Below are positions 1 through 8,878 of a DNA stretch of 64,000 nucleotides, piece after piece (positions within the stretch are counted from its first letter, which is position 1; every line of letters begins with the position of its first letter). A model generated the notes under the pieces. It saw only the letters and a program-made list of their open reading frames with translations, had not been told where the DNA came from and made no database searches. A program made the translations under genes and the position numbers. The stretch is from Candidatus Peregrinibacteria bacterium UBA1369 (GTDB lineage: Bacteria > Patescibacteriota > Gracilibacteria > UBA1369): NCBI GenBank assembly GCA_002305925.1, contig DBRL01000014.1, forward strand, positions 34,402-98,401, in the 5' to 3' direction.

Positions 1-847
1 AAAATATCCGGAAGAATATCGGCTGGCAGCGCAAATTTTCCGCGACGGCCATGAATTGGGTCTGGATCGGACCGACAACCCGGATCCGAAAGTGCAGGAC
101 CGCGTCAACGGCAATATGTTCCAGGCCAAACACAACGGCGACAATATAAAATTGCGCAAAGACAACGGCCAGTATCATATAGTACTGGAGGCCGTGTTTG
201 GAATTTTTGAGGGAAAATCCTTTAAAGAAGCCCTGCAGACGCTTGATTCCACCAAAGCCCCGTCCAATAATGCGGAGGGGAACCTGGCGGGAAACCCTGA
301 CTTGACGCAGAGGTCAACCTCCGGCGGTATTGATGAAATTACCGACAACCCCTCTGAGGAGTCTTCGGTTCCACCCGAGACCGCTCCCACATCAACATTT
401 TTACAAAACAGTATTGGTGGAAGTAATTCCGGCGGCCACGGAGTGTCCCGGGAGGCGAGAAAAATTTTCTCGCAACGTCCTGACACCAGTGAGATTGACG
501 CCGAATGGCAGGAACTGTTCGAAAAACAGGACTTGCTCAAGGCCGAGCGCAAAACCCTGGAAAAGGAACAGTTGATGGATTTGACAGTGCCGGTGGGACT
601 CAAACCGAGTGAACTGCATGGCATTCTACCTGCCGCAGTCGGCGAAAAACTGGCCGAACTATATCCGCAGGCCGACCGTGAAAAGGTGATTGGCATAGTC
701 AAACGCTACGGTTTCATCGGCTTCCGGCTGGTCAGCTCCGACCGTGAGAACGGCCGCTACCGCGTGCAGTTTTTCAAAAACACTTTCCGCATTATCAAGG
801 AAGTGCTGGCCAAAAAGGCCGTCAAAAAAGCGGACCGGCTGTCTTGA
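1..847 (+). CDS. hypothetical protein, 5'-truncated by the window edge
   Basis: The frame is open from nt 2 (KYPEEYRLAAQIFRDGHELG...) into tracked ORF 56..847, so the TTG at 56 is probably internal. No recognisable motif. Ser/Pro/Glu-rich middle and basic C-terminus. Confidence 0.5.
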   Translation, partial: KYPEEYRLAAQIFRDGHELGLDRTDNPDPKVQDRVNGNMFQAKHNGDNIKLRKDNGQYHIVLEAVFGIFEGKSFKEALQTLDSTKAPSNNAEGNLAGNPDLTQRSTSGGIDEITDNPSEESSVPPETAPTSTFLQNSIGGSNSGGHGVSREARKIFSQRPDTSEIDAEWQELFEKQDLLKAERKTLEKEQLMDLTVPVGLKPSELHGILPAAVGEKLAELYPQADREKVIGIVKRYGFIGFRLVSSDRENGRYRVQFFKNTFRIIKEVLAKKAVKKADRLS

Positions 848-937
848 CCGGGGCGACCAATTTACAGTAGCAGACAAGTGGGATAGACTGCCGTTGAAAG
901 GGACGACAGTCTTTTTCTTAAATTCAACCCCATTAAC

Positions 938-1384
938 ATGACACTCAAAGAACAAATTCAGCAGGATTTTATCGAGGCGATGAAAGCCCGCCAGGAAGAC
1001 CGTAAAAATGCCCTGGCCATGCTCAAGGCCGCCATTATGCGCTGGGAAACGGACGGTGAAAAGAAGGTGGCTGGTGATGAGGCGGTACTGGCCATAATAC
1101 AGAAAGAAGTAAAACAGCGCCGTGATGCCGCGGAAGGTTTCCGCAGCGGTGGCAAGGAAGACATGGCCCTGAAGGAGGAGGCCGAGATGAAAGTACTGCA
1201 GGCCTATCTGCCCGAGCAACTGAGTGAGGAAAAGGTGCGCGCCGTGATCAGCGAGACGCTGACGGAGGCCGGAATCAGCAGCAAGGCCGAGATGGGCCGG
1301 GCGATGGGGCTGGTAATGGGAAAGCTGAAAGGCAAAGCCGATGGCGGGATGATCAACCGTGTCGTGGCTTCATTACTCCAATAG
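938..1384 (+). CDS. GatB/YqeY-domain protein
   Basis: 148 aa. Full-length resemblance to YqeY-like proteins (LKEQIQQDFIEAMKARQ...LAMLKAAI...EVKQRRDAAEGF...AEMGRAMGLVMGKLKGKADGGMINRVV). Confidence 0.85.
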   Translation: MTLKEQIQQDFIEAMKARQEDRKNALAMLKAAIMRWETDGEKKVAGDEAVLAIIQKEVKQRRDAAEGFRSGGKEDMALKEEAEMKVLQAYLPEQLSEEKVRAVISETLTEAGISSKAEMGRAMGLVMGKLKGKADGGMINRVVASLLQ

Positions 1385-1444
1385 TCCGCCGTCAGGCCGA
1401 CGGGCAGTCGTGCCATTGTGATAGTGATTTAATCAAAATAACCG

Positions 1445-3346
1445 ATGGAGAAAAAAATCAACAATCTGAGCTGGATGATCGGCGGGGAAGCCGGTGTGGG
1501 CATACAGAGCGCTGGACATTTTTTGGCCCTGCTCTGCTCGCGTGCCGGACTATATGTCTTTGGCAATGCCGAGTACCCTTCACTGATTCGCGGCGGGCAT
1601 AATTCCAATTTGATTCGTGTCGCCGATCAGGAAGTATCGATTCATACCGAGACTGTTAACCTGTTATTGGCGATGAATAAAGAAACCCTGGACCTGCATG
1701 TGGGGGAAATATCAACGGGGGGCGGCGTGATTTATGATGGAGAAACAATTAAGGATTATGATTTTACCGGCCTACGACAAGCTGCCGGGAAGACCGTCGA
1801 GGATATCACAATATTTAACGTACCGCTGAAAAAGTTAGCGATGGAAAAGGGCCAGGGTGAGATCACTCGAAATACGGTGGGGTTGGGGGCCAGTCTGGCT
1901 TTGGTCGGGCTGGATATCAAATATTTGCTGGAGGTTTTGAAAGGCGCTTTTGCCCGCAAGGGAGAGGCAGTGGTGGCACAGAATCTGGCGGCGGCGCAAG
2001 CCGGCTATGATTATATAATAGACAATTTTGGCGGGGAGACGGTGGGGGCTGTGCCTGGCAGCGTTGATTTTGCCTATAAATTAGTACCGGTTGAGCGGCA
2101 ATCAAAACGTATAATTTTGACAGGTAATGAGGCTGTGTGTCTGGGGGCTCTGAAGGCCGGGGTGAAATTTGTGGCCGAATATCCGATGACACCGTCCTCG
2201 ACGGTGCTGCATTTCATGGCCGCGCGGGCCAGGGATTTCAATATAATAGTCAAACATACCGAGGACGAGCTGGCGGCAATAAATATGGTAGTTGGAGCGG
2301 CCTGGGCCGGCGCCCGGGCGATAACCGCGACCTCCGGCGGGGGGTTCGCGCTGATGAGCGAGGCCCTGGGCATGGCCGGGATGATTGAGGCGCCGGCCGT
2401 GATCTACGAAGCGCAGCGCGGAGGGCCGTCCACCGGCCTGCCGACGCGCACCGAACAGAGCGATCTGCGATTTGCCATGCATGCCTCACAGGGCGAGTTT
2501 CCGCGCCTGGTGGTGGCGCCCGGGGATTACCGCGAACTTTTTTACAAAACATTTGAGGCTTTCAATATCGCCGATAAATTTCAGATGCCGGCGGTGATTT
2601 TGAGCGACAAGCACCTGGGGGAAAGCCTGAAAAATATCGAGCCTTTTGAGACGGACGGGCTGCGGGTGGAGCGGGGGAAGCTGGTGACCGACCGGGCCGA
2701 GCTGGAGCGTCTCCTGAAAAACGGTTACGCGACCCCCGATGGCGGATTTCTACGCTATAAAATTGAGAAGGATGGTGTGTCTCCGCGCACATTGCCGGGG
2801 ATGAAAGGCGGTCGGCACCGCGCCTCCACCGATGAACATGACGAGACTGGTGACCTGACCGAAACCCCCGAAAACCGTACCGCCATGCATGCCAAGCGAA
2901 TGCGCAAACTGGAAAGCTGTCTGGCCGCGCTGCCGGCGCCGGAGCTGGTGGGGCCAGGGCTGGAGGGGGCGTACACAGCCGGGCCGGCCTTCGGAGTGGC
3001 CGACGGGCCGGAGGAGAGGAGAGATCCCGCCGACATCACTTTTGTCACCTGGGGATCACCGAAAGACGCTGTACTGGAGGCGATGCAAAAATTGCTGTCG
3101 GAAGGCGTGCGGGCCAACATGTTGCAGATAGTATATTTCGTGCCTTTCCATGCCGATGCCGTGCGGGGAGCGCTGGAGGGTGCACGGGTGAAGGTGGGCG
3201 TGGAAATGAATTATGAAGCGCAGATGGCCGCTTATATTCGTGAAAAAACAGGTGTCGCGCTCGATGCCAATATTCTCAATTGGAGCGGGCGGCAGATGAC
3301 GGCCGAAGAGATTTTGCGGAAGACGGGTGAGATTTTGCGGCGATAA
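1445..3346 (+). CDS. korA: 2-oxoacid:ferredoxin oxidoreductase, alpha subunit (gamma-like domain fused at the N-terminus)
   Basis: 633 aa. N-terminal gamma-type segment (GGEAGVGIQSAGHFLA) followed by an alpha domain (LTGNEAVCLGALKAGVKFVAEYPMTPSS; ATSGGGFALMSEALGMAGMIEAP). Substrate specificity cannot be read from the sequence. Confidence 0.85.
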   Translation: MEKKINNLSWMIGGEAGVGIQSAGHFLALLCSRAGLYVFGNAEYPSLIRGGHNSNLIRVADQEVSIHTETVNLLLAMNKETLDLHVGEISTGGGVIYDGETIKDYDFTGLRQAAGKTVEDITIFNVPLKKLAMEKGQGEITRNTVGLGASLALVGLDIKYLLEVLKGAFARKGEAVVAQNLAAAQAGYDYIIDNFGGETVGAVPGSVDFAYKLVPVERQSKRIILTGNEAVCLGALKAGVKFVAEYPMTPSSTVLHFMAARARDFNIIVKHTEDELAAINMVVGAAWAGARAITATSGGGFALMSEALGMAGMIEAPAVIYEAQRGGPSTGLPTRTEQSDLRFAMHASQGEFPRLVVAPGDYRELFYKTFEAFNIADKFQMPAVILSDKHLGESLKNIEPFETDGLRVERGKLVTDRAELERLLKNGYATPDGGFLRYKIEKDGVSPRTLPGMKGGRHRASTDEHDETGDLTETPENRTAMHAKRMRKLESCLAALPAPELVGPGLEGAYTAGPAFGVADGPEERRDPADITFVTWGSPKDAVLEAMQKLLSEGVRANMLQIVYFVPFHADAVRGALEGARVKVGVEMNYEAQMAAYIREKTGVALDANILNWSGRQMTAEEILRKTGEILRR

Positions 3347-3359
3347 AGTAGTAACAAAG

Positions 3360-3380
3360 AGTCTGCGCGTGCAGACTTTT
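3360..3380 (+). terminator. candidate intrinsic terminator after korA
   Basis: Hairpin AGTCTGC-gcgt-GCAGACT (7 bp stem) followed by TTTT, 14 nt after the korA stop. Confidence 0.45.
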
Positions 3381-3388
3381 GTGCACGG
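3373..3388 (+). repeat. left copy of an imperfect direct repeat flanking the nrd cassette (AGACTTTTGTGCACGG)
   Basis: Matches AGACTTTTGCACGG at 6822-6835 except for a 2-nt TG indel. The two copies lie in the intergenic spacers just after korA and just before korB. Confidence 0.5.
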
Positions 3389-3702
3389 TTTGTGTCTTCT
3401 GTAAGCCGTTTGGGGTCGTTCAAATTGTGCACGTGCACAGAAATAAGCGCCTGGGATTGATTTGCAAGAAGGCGGGGCGCGGGCCGGACAGTGGGATTGT
3501 TTCAAAGTAAAAAAAGCAGGTTTGACTACCCGCGCGCGAACCAAGGCACAATACAAAACCACCATCTGTGAAGAAAAATCACAGGCGGCATTATTCTTCC
3601 GTTTTAGTCAAAAGCTGTTCCAATTTTTTGTTCGCGGCCACAAGCCATTCAAATAGAAAAGAGTAATGGCAGAAATTATTTTATCCTGTTGGTCAAAAGA
3701 AA

Positions 3703-3748
3703 ATACTATACCTAGTATTGCCTGAACTTCCAACATACTAGATAATGT
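3703..3748. promoter_or_regulatory. two candidate NrdR-box-like palindromes upstream of nrdD
   Basis: ATACTATACCTAGTAT (3703-3718) and ACATACTAGATAATGT (3733-3748). Each matches about 12/16 positions of the NrdR-box consensus as I recall it (acaCwAtATaTwGtgt). Tandem, 30 bp start to start, 45-90 nt upstream of the nrdD ATG. Confidence 0.4.
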
Positions 3749-3792
3749 GGTCATTGGCAGTGGATTTAGCTTATTTATTAACCTTTTGAGTC

Positions 3793-5610
3793 ATGGCGAT
3801 CGAGGCAAGAGAGACTCTGGAGGAGTATCTCTCAAAGTCGGATTGGCGCGTCAATGCCAATTCGAACCAGGGCTACTCCCTGGGGGGGATGATACTTAAT
3901 ACTTCGGGTAAGGTCACCGCCAATTACTGGCTCTCCTATATATATCCGGAAGAGGTAGGCACGGCCCATCGCGAAGGTGACGTGCACGTGCATGATTTGG
4001 ACATGTTTTCCGGCTACTGTGCCGGCTGGTCGCTGCGTCAGCTCCTGGAGGAAGGCTTCAACGGTATTCCCAATAAAATCGACTCGACCCCGCCCAGAAA
4101 TCTGAACGGGGCAATTGGACAAATGGTCAATTTTCTGGGCACTCTGCAGAACGAGTGGGCTGGGGCCCAGGCCTTTTCTTCCTTCGACACCTATCTGGCC
4201 CCATATGTGCGCAAGTTTTCCGAGGAAATGCGCGAGGAGCTGAAAGACATGGTAATGGATCCGGCCGCCATGGAGCATTATATTGAACAGAAAACCTATA
4301 AATACGTCTACGACTCCATTCAGACCTTTGTTTTCAATTTGAACGTTCCCTCACGCTGGGGCACACAAACGCCTTTTACCAATATTACCCTGGACTGGAC
4401 CTGCCCGCCCGACCTGAAAGAACGCCGGCTGCTCCTGGGAGGGAAACCTTTTAAATACACTTTTGGCGAACTGGAAAAGGAAATGCAGATTATCAACAAA
4501 GCCTATATTGAGGTGATGCTGAAAGGCGACGCCAAGGGCCGCGTTTTTACTTTTCCGATTCCCACCTACAATATCACTCCGGAGTTTGACTGGCACGGGC
4601 CAAATACGGATGTGCTTTTCGAAATGACGGCCAAATACGGCCTGCCCTACTTCCAGAACTTTTTAAATTCCGACCTGAAACCGCAACACGTTCGCTCAAT
4701 GTGCTGCCGCCTGCAGCTGGACCTCAATGAGCTGCTAAAAAGAGGCAACGGCCTCTTTGGTTCAGCAGAAATGACCGGTAGCGTTGGCGTAGTTACGGTC
4801 AACATGGCCCGTTTGGGCTACCTGTTCAAGGGGAATAAAGTAGGCTTTTTTGCCCGCCTGGAGAAGCTGATGGAGCTGGCGAAAATTTCGCTGGAGCTGA
4901 AGAGAAAGGAGATTCAGAAATGGATGGATTTGGGCCTCTACCCCTTTACCAAGCGTTATCTGGGACATCTGAACAATCATTTCTCGACCATTGGATTGAA
5001 CGGTGTCAATGAGGCGATCAAAAACTTCACCGGCGGCGAGGAAGACATTACCACCCAGTTCGGCGGCGATTTCGCAGAAGAAATCCTACTGTTCATGAGA
5101 CAGAAACTGATTCAGTTCCAGGAGGAAACCGGCAATCTCTACAATCTGGAGGCGACGCCGGCGGAGGGGACCACCTATCGCTTCGCCAAAGAGGACAAAA
5201 AGCGCTTTCCCGACATTATTCAATCGGGTTCGCCGGATTATCCCTATTACACCAATTCGACACAGCTGCCGGTGGAATATACCGATGATGTATTTGAAGC
5301 GCTGCAAATGCAGGACCGTTTCCAGACCAAATACACCGGCGGAACCGTGCTGCACCTCTATCTGGGTGAACGCCTGCAGGATGCCGAGAGCTGCCGCCAA
5401 CTGGTGAAGAGGGCCCTGAGCAATTTCCGTCTGCCCTACATCACCATTTCACCAACCTTTTCTATCTGCCCCAAACACGGTTACATCGCCGGGGAACATG
5501 ATTTCTGCCCCCTCTGCGACAAGGAAATCGGCTACCAGGGCGCGGAAAAGATGGATACGGAAACCCGCTCCAAATATATGTCAAAACAAAAAGCCCTATC
5601 ACTTAACTAA
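3793..5610 (+). CDS. nrdD: anaerobic (class III) ribonucleoside-triphosphate reductase, main body, ending at an in-frame TAA before the glycyl-radical motif
   Basis: 605 aa. NrdD hallmarks: YWLSYIYPEEV, HVHDLD, SMCCRLQLD thiyl-radical loop, YYTNSTQLPV, and the first CxxC (CPLC) of the C-terminal Zn ribbon. The RVxGY glycyl-radical motif is missing from this ORF. Confidence 0.9.
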   Translation: MAIEARETLEEYLSKSDWRVNANSNQGYSLGGMILNTSGKVTANYWLSYIYPEEVGTAHREGDVHVHDLDMFSGYCAGWSLRQLLEEGFNGIPNKIDSTPPRNLNGAIGQMVNFLGTLQNEWAGAQAFSSFDTYLAPYVRKFSEEMREELKDMVMDPAAMEHYIEQKTYKYVYDSIQTFVFNLNVPSRWGTQTPFTNITLDWTCPPDLKERRLLLGGKPFKYTFGELEKEMQIINKAYIEVMLKGDAKGRVFTFPIPTYNITPEFDWHGPNTDVLFEMTAKYGLPYFQNFLNSDLKPQHVRSMCCRLQLDLNELLKRGNGLFGSAEMTGSVGVVTVNMARLGYLFKGNKVGFFARLEKLMELAKISLELKRKEIQKWMDLGLYPFTKRYLGHLNNHFSTIGLNGVNEAIKNFTGGEEDITTQFGGDFAEEILLFMRQKLIQFQEETGNLYNLEATPAEGTTYRFAKEDKKRFPDIIQSGSPDYPYYTNSTQLPVEYTDDVFEALQMQDRFQTKYTGGTVLHLYLGERLQDAESCRQLVKRALSNFRLPYITISPTFSICPKHGYIAGEHDFCPLCDKEIGYQGAEKMDTETRSKYMSKQKALSLN

Positions 5611-5619
5611 CAAAAAAAC

Positions 5620-6087
5620 ATGGAACTTTGCGCCAACACCAATTCAGTTTCCAATGAAAACCGCACCAGGTGTGAAATCTGGACCCGCGTGATGGGGTAT
5701 CACCGTCCGGTCAGCCAGTACAATTTCGGTAAAAAATCCGAATTTTATTCGCGCGTCTATTTCCGCGCCACCAACGATGAAAACTCCAAGCTGATCAACC
5801 GCTATGGCGGCTCCCTCTCCGCTACCGCCCCGGCCAAACCGAAACTGCTTCTTTTCACCACCAACACCTGCCCCAAATGCCCTGCTGTTAAATCCTGGAT
5901 GCAGGAAAACCAGGTGGAGTATTTCGGCATCGACAATACCATGCTAAATTTCTGGGAAATTGCCGACAAATACAATGTGCGCAGCGTTCCAACCCTGTTG
6001 GCGGTAGACGAACAGGGTAAGGAAATCTGGCGTGCCAGCGAACTGTCCGAGATTCAGCAGAAGGAGATCGAGCATAAAAACGCCTGA
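5620..6087 (+). CDS. NrdD C-terminal glycyl-radical segment fused to a thioredoxin/NrdH-like domain (same frame as nrdD, 9 nt after its TAA)
   Basis: CEIWTRVMGYHRPVSQYNFGKKSEFYSRVYF is the canonical class III RNR glycyl-radical motif. The C-terminal half has a Trx fold signature (KLLLFTTNTCPKCPAVKSW ... VRSVPTLL). Confidence 0.8.
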   Translation: MELCANTNSVSNENRTRCEIWTRVMGYHRPVSQYNFGKKSEFYSRVYFRATNDENSKLINRYGGSLSATAPAKPKLLLFTTNTCPKCPAVKSWMQENQVEYFGIDNTMLNFWEIADKYNVRSVPTLLAVDEQGKEIWRASELSEIQQKEIEHKNA

Positions 6088-6803
6088 TGATAATCACAGC
6101 CCTGACCAAATTTACGGCGATCGACTTTCCCGGTCGGCTGGCCTGTATTCTTTTTACCGGGGGCTGTAATTTCCGCTGCGGCTTCTGTCACAATGCCGAG
6201 TTTGTGCTGCCGGAAAGGCTGAAAGAATTGACCAATACCATTCCTTTTGAGACGGTGCTAAATTTTCTTTCGGAGCGGCGGGGACTTCTGGACGGGGTCT
6301 CGATTTGCGGCGGGGAGCCGACCATCAATGTCGATCTGCCCGAGAAAATGCGGGAGATCAAAAATCTGGGCTTTCAAATCAAACTGGATACCAATGGCAG
6401 CAATCCGGCGATGCTGGAGAAAATCATTGAGGGCGGGCTGGTGGACTATCTGGCCATGGACATCAAGGACGCGCTGCCCTATCGTAGCGAGTTGGTGGGC
6501 GTGGAAGTGGGGGAGGTTACCCTACGCCAAAGTATCGGGCTGATCAAAAAGGCGGGCGTGGAAAAGGGTATCGAATACGAATTTCGCTCGACCATTCTGC
6601 CGGGTTTTCACGATCTGGAGACCGTGCGAAAAATGGGAGACTCAATTGCCGGTGCCAAAAAGTGGGTGTTGCAGGGGTTTCGTGGTGGCAAGACATTGTC
6701 CGATAGTTTTCGCGATATGCCCAGTTTCTCCACTGATGAACTGAAAGAGATGTCTCAATATCTGACGGTCTATGCCGATAAAGTAGAATTCAGGCCGGCT
6801 TGA
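6087..6803 (+). CDS. nrdG: anaerobic RNR activating protein (radical SAM)
   Basis: 238 aa. CNFRCGFCHN (CX3CX2C) and ICGGEPT. 1-nt TGATG overlap with the preceding ORF. Confidence 0.9.
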   Translation: MIITALTKFTAIDFPGRLACILFTGGCNFRCGFCHNAEFVLPERLKELTNTIPFETVLNFLSERRGLLDGVSICGGEPTINVDLPEKMREIKNLGFQIKLDTNGSNPAMLEKIIEGGLVDYLAMDIKDALPYRSELVGVEVGEVTLRQSIGLIKKAGVEKGIEYEFRSTILPGFHDLETVRKMGDSIAGAKKWVLQGFRGGKTLSDSFRDMPSFSTDELKEMSQYLTVYADKVEFRPA

Positions 6804-6821
6804 GGTGAGGCCGGTGGTGTA

Positions 6822-6835
6822 AGACTTTTGCACGG
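6822..6835 (+). repeat. right copy of the direct repeat flanking the nrd cassette (AGACTTTTGCACGG)
   Basis: See the left copy at 3373-3388. Confidence 0.5.
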
Positions 6836-6937
6836 GCTGCGCACAACGGAAGCGCGAGAGGAATGGCGCTGCGGGTGTTGCTCCCAATCTTTTAATGTAT
6901 AATGACCACGATAATTCGACTCTAAAATAAATCTACC

Positions 6938-7798
6938 ATGGTTCAGGATGAAAAAAATTTCAATACGGTTGCCCAGCCCGACTGGTGTCCGGGCTGCGGG
7001 AATTTCGGCATACAGGTGGCGATGAAAAAAGCCTTTACCAATCTGGACCTTGATCCCGACAGCATCGCCGTGATCTCGGATATTGGCTGTAGCGGTAAAA
7101 TGCCGCATTGGCTTAACACCTACGGCCTACACAGTCTGCATGGGCGGGCGGTGGCCGCGGCCAGCGGCGTCAAATTTGCCAATCGAGACCTGCGGGTGCT
7201 GGTGTCGATAGGGGATGGGGGAGCCTATGGGATTGGACTAAATCACCTGCTGCAGGCGATCCGCCGCAATATCGACATGACCGTGCTGGTGCACAATAAT
7301 ATGGTTTATGGCCTGACCAAGGGGCAAATGACGCCGACATCCCGCAAGGGATTCAAAACTCCCTCCTCACCCTTTGGGGCGGTGGAGGAGCCACTGAATC
7401 CAGTGACCATGGCGCTGGCGGCGGGAGGGAGTTTTGTGGCGCGCGGCTACGCGGGAGACGTGCCGCATCTGACCATGCTGATCGAGGAGGGAATCAAACA
7501 TAGTGGTTTTTCGCTAATCGATATTTTTCAACCCTGCGTGACTTTCAACAAAGAGCAGACCTATGCCTATTACCTGAAACAGCTCTATAAGCTTGAAGAA
7601 GAACAGGGCTATGATCGCGGCAACTGGGAGACGGCCATGCAAAAAGCCCGCCAGAATGACCGCTGGCCGGTGGGAATTTTTTATCAGGCCGGACGGCCGA
7701 CCTATGAGGAGGAAGATCCCGGGCGTGCGGAAGTGCCGGCGGTGAAGCTGCCTGTCGAAAATATCGATATTAAGGCCGTGATGGAGCGGTATTTTTAG
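6938..7798 (+). CDS. korB: 2-oxoacid:ferredoxin oxidoreductase, beta (TPP-binding) subunit
   Basis: 286 aa. WCPGCGNFGI and the GDGGAYGIGLNH TPP motif. Confidence 0.9.
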   Translation: MVQDEKNFNTVAQPDWCPGCGNFGIQVAMKKAFTNLDLDPDSIAVISDIGCSGKMPHWLNTYGLHSLHGRAVAAASGVKFANRDLRVLVSIGDGGAYGIGLNHLLQAIRRNIDMTVLVHNNMVYGLTKGQMTPTSRKGFKTPSSPFGAVEEPLNPVTMALAAGGSFVARGYAGDVPHLTMLIEEGIKHSGFSLIDIFQPCVTFNKEQTYAYYLKQLYKLEEEQGYDRGNWETAMQKARQNDRWPVGIFYQAGRPTYEEEDPGRAEVPAVKLPVENIDIKAVMERYF

Positions 7799-8799
7799 GC
7801 GCTGGCCCTGGCGTCGCCATAATGAAAAATCCTGCAGTTCAAGCCGCTGCCTTGAAGAGTTTTGTGCAAACGCCGTTCAAAATTTGGCCACTCCGGCCGT
7901 GAACGCAAATCTCCTTTGATGACCAAGTCGAACGGCACTCTGAGAGCTGGTCGAAATATTTGCGGGCGATTCTGCCGCCCACCCTGACGCAACCAGAGTT
8001 TTTCCGCGGGAGGGTGTTGAAAGCGTAAAACCAGGTCTCCACGCAGGTTTTCGGGGCTGAAGGAGCAGGGGACGGATTCCAGGCCCGGTAAATTGTCAAG
8101 CGTGGCTACGGCGGAAAAGCCCGCCCGGGCGATTTTTGGCAATTGTGAAAGATAAAAGTCGGGCCCGGGCGGCGCGGGCAGGGTAGCGCGGCCGGATAAA
8201 TCGGTGCTCATGCCCTCGTCCAGACCGTAATAAAGGTTGCCGTCCGCCGGCGGCTGGATTTCCCGAAAGCCGTGATGACTGAGAAATCTGGCTAAGGCCT
8301 CGCGCGCCTCCGCGCTTTGGTCCAGACTGCCATAGGCACGCCGTGCCAGAGCATAGCGGCTTTCCGCGCAGACGGCGGAAAGCAGGCGCCGTATTTCCGT
8401 TCGGGCTTGTTGGAGTCGTTCATCGCCGCAGCTCTCCCGAAGGGAATATAAATCCTCCAGGGTTAGCGCGGACAACTGCTCCGGCTCCAGACAGTCCTCC
8501 TTGAGGGGCTGGAGATGTCCTTCGCGCAGTGGGGCCAACAACCCTACTACCCGCAGACGAAAAGTAAGGGCAATTTTATTGATACTGGTCTTGAAAATCG
8601 GATTAAGGCCTGGCGCGCAGGTCAATCTATTCAATTCAGTCAGGTCATCAAAAAGCTCACTTTCGGTTGTCCGCGGGGCGGAAGAATTTGCCAGTAGAGG
8701 GGCCAGTTCCACTATTTGAGCCATTTCTTCTGGTGGAGGCAAGGCTGTCACGATTATTGATACGAGAGTGAATCTTACAAGCTTTCTGCATATTTGCAA
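7795..8799 (-). CDS. hypothetical protein
   Basis: Long ORF convergent with korB. No recognisable motif. A more likely start is Met26 (MAQIVELAP) at 8724. Confidence 0.5.
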   Translation of the reverse strand: MQICRKLVRFTLVSIIVTALPPPEEMAQIVELAPLLANSSAPRTTESELFDDLTELNRLTCAPGLNPIFKTSINKIALTFRLRVVGLLAPLREGHLQPLKEDCLEPEQLSALTLEDLYSLRESCGDERLQQARTEIRRLLSAVCAESRYALARRAYGSLDQSAEAREALARFLSHHGFREIQPPADGNLYYGLDEGMSTDLSGRATLPAPPGPDFYLSQLPKIARAGFSAVATLDNLPGLESVPCSFSPENLRGDLVLRFQHPPAEKLWLRQGGRQNRPQIFRPALRVPFDLVIKGDLRSRPEWPNFERRLHKTLQGSGLNCRIFHYGDARASA

Positions 8800-8878
8800 G
8801 AGCTGTTTTTGCTCTTTGGACAGAGCCGATTTGAGCGTATTCTGAAAAAGAGTAAATTAATCTTTTTTGGGTCAAGAC

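Noticed and set aside
2074-3565. Cluster of 70-170-aa ORFs on both strands inside and just after korA
   Set aside because: They overlap the korA coding frame or the GC-rich spacer, have Arg/Pro/Gly-rich nonsense-like composition, and have no start context.
3462-3656. 64-aa ORF in the korA-nrdD spacer
   Set aside because: No ribosome-binding site and no recognisable motif. The region is better explained as regulatory spacer.
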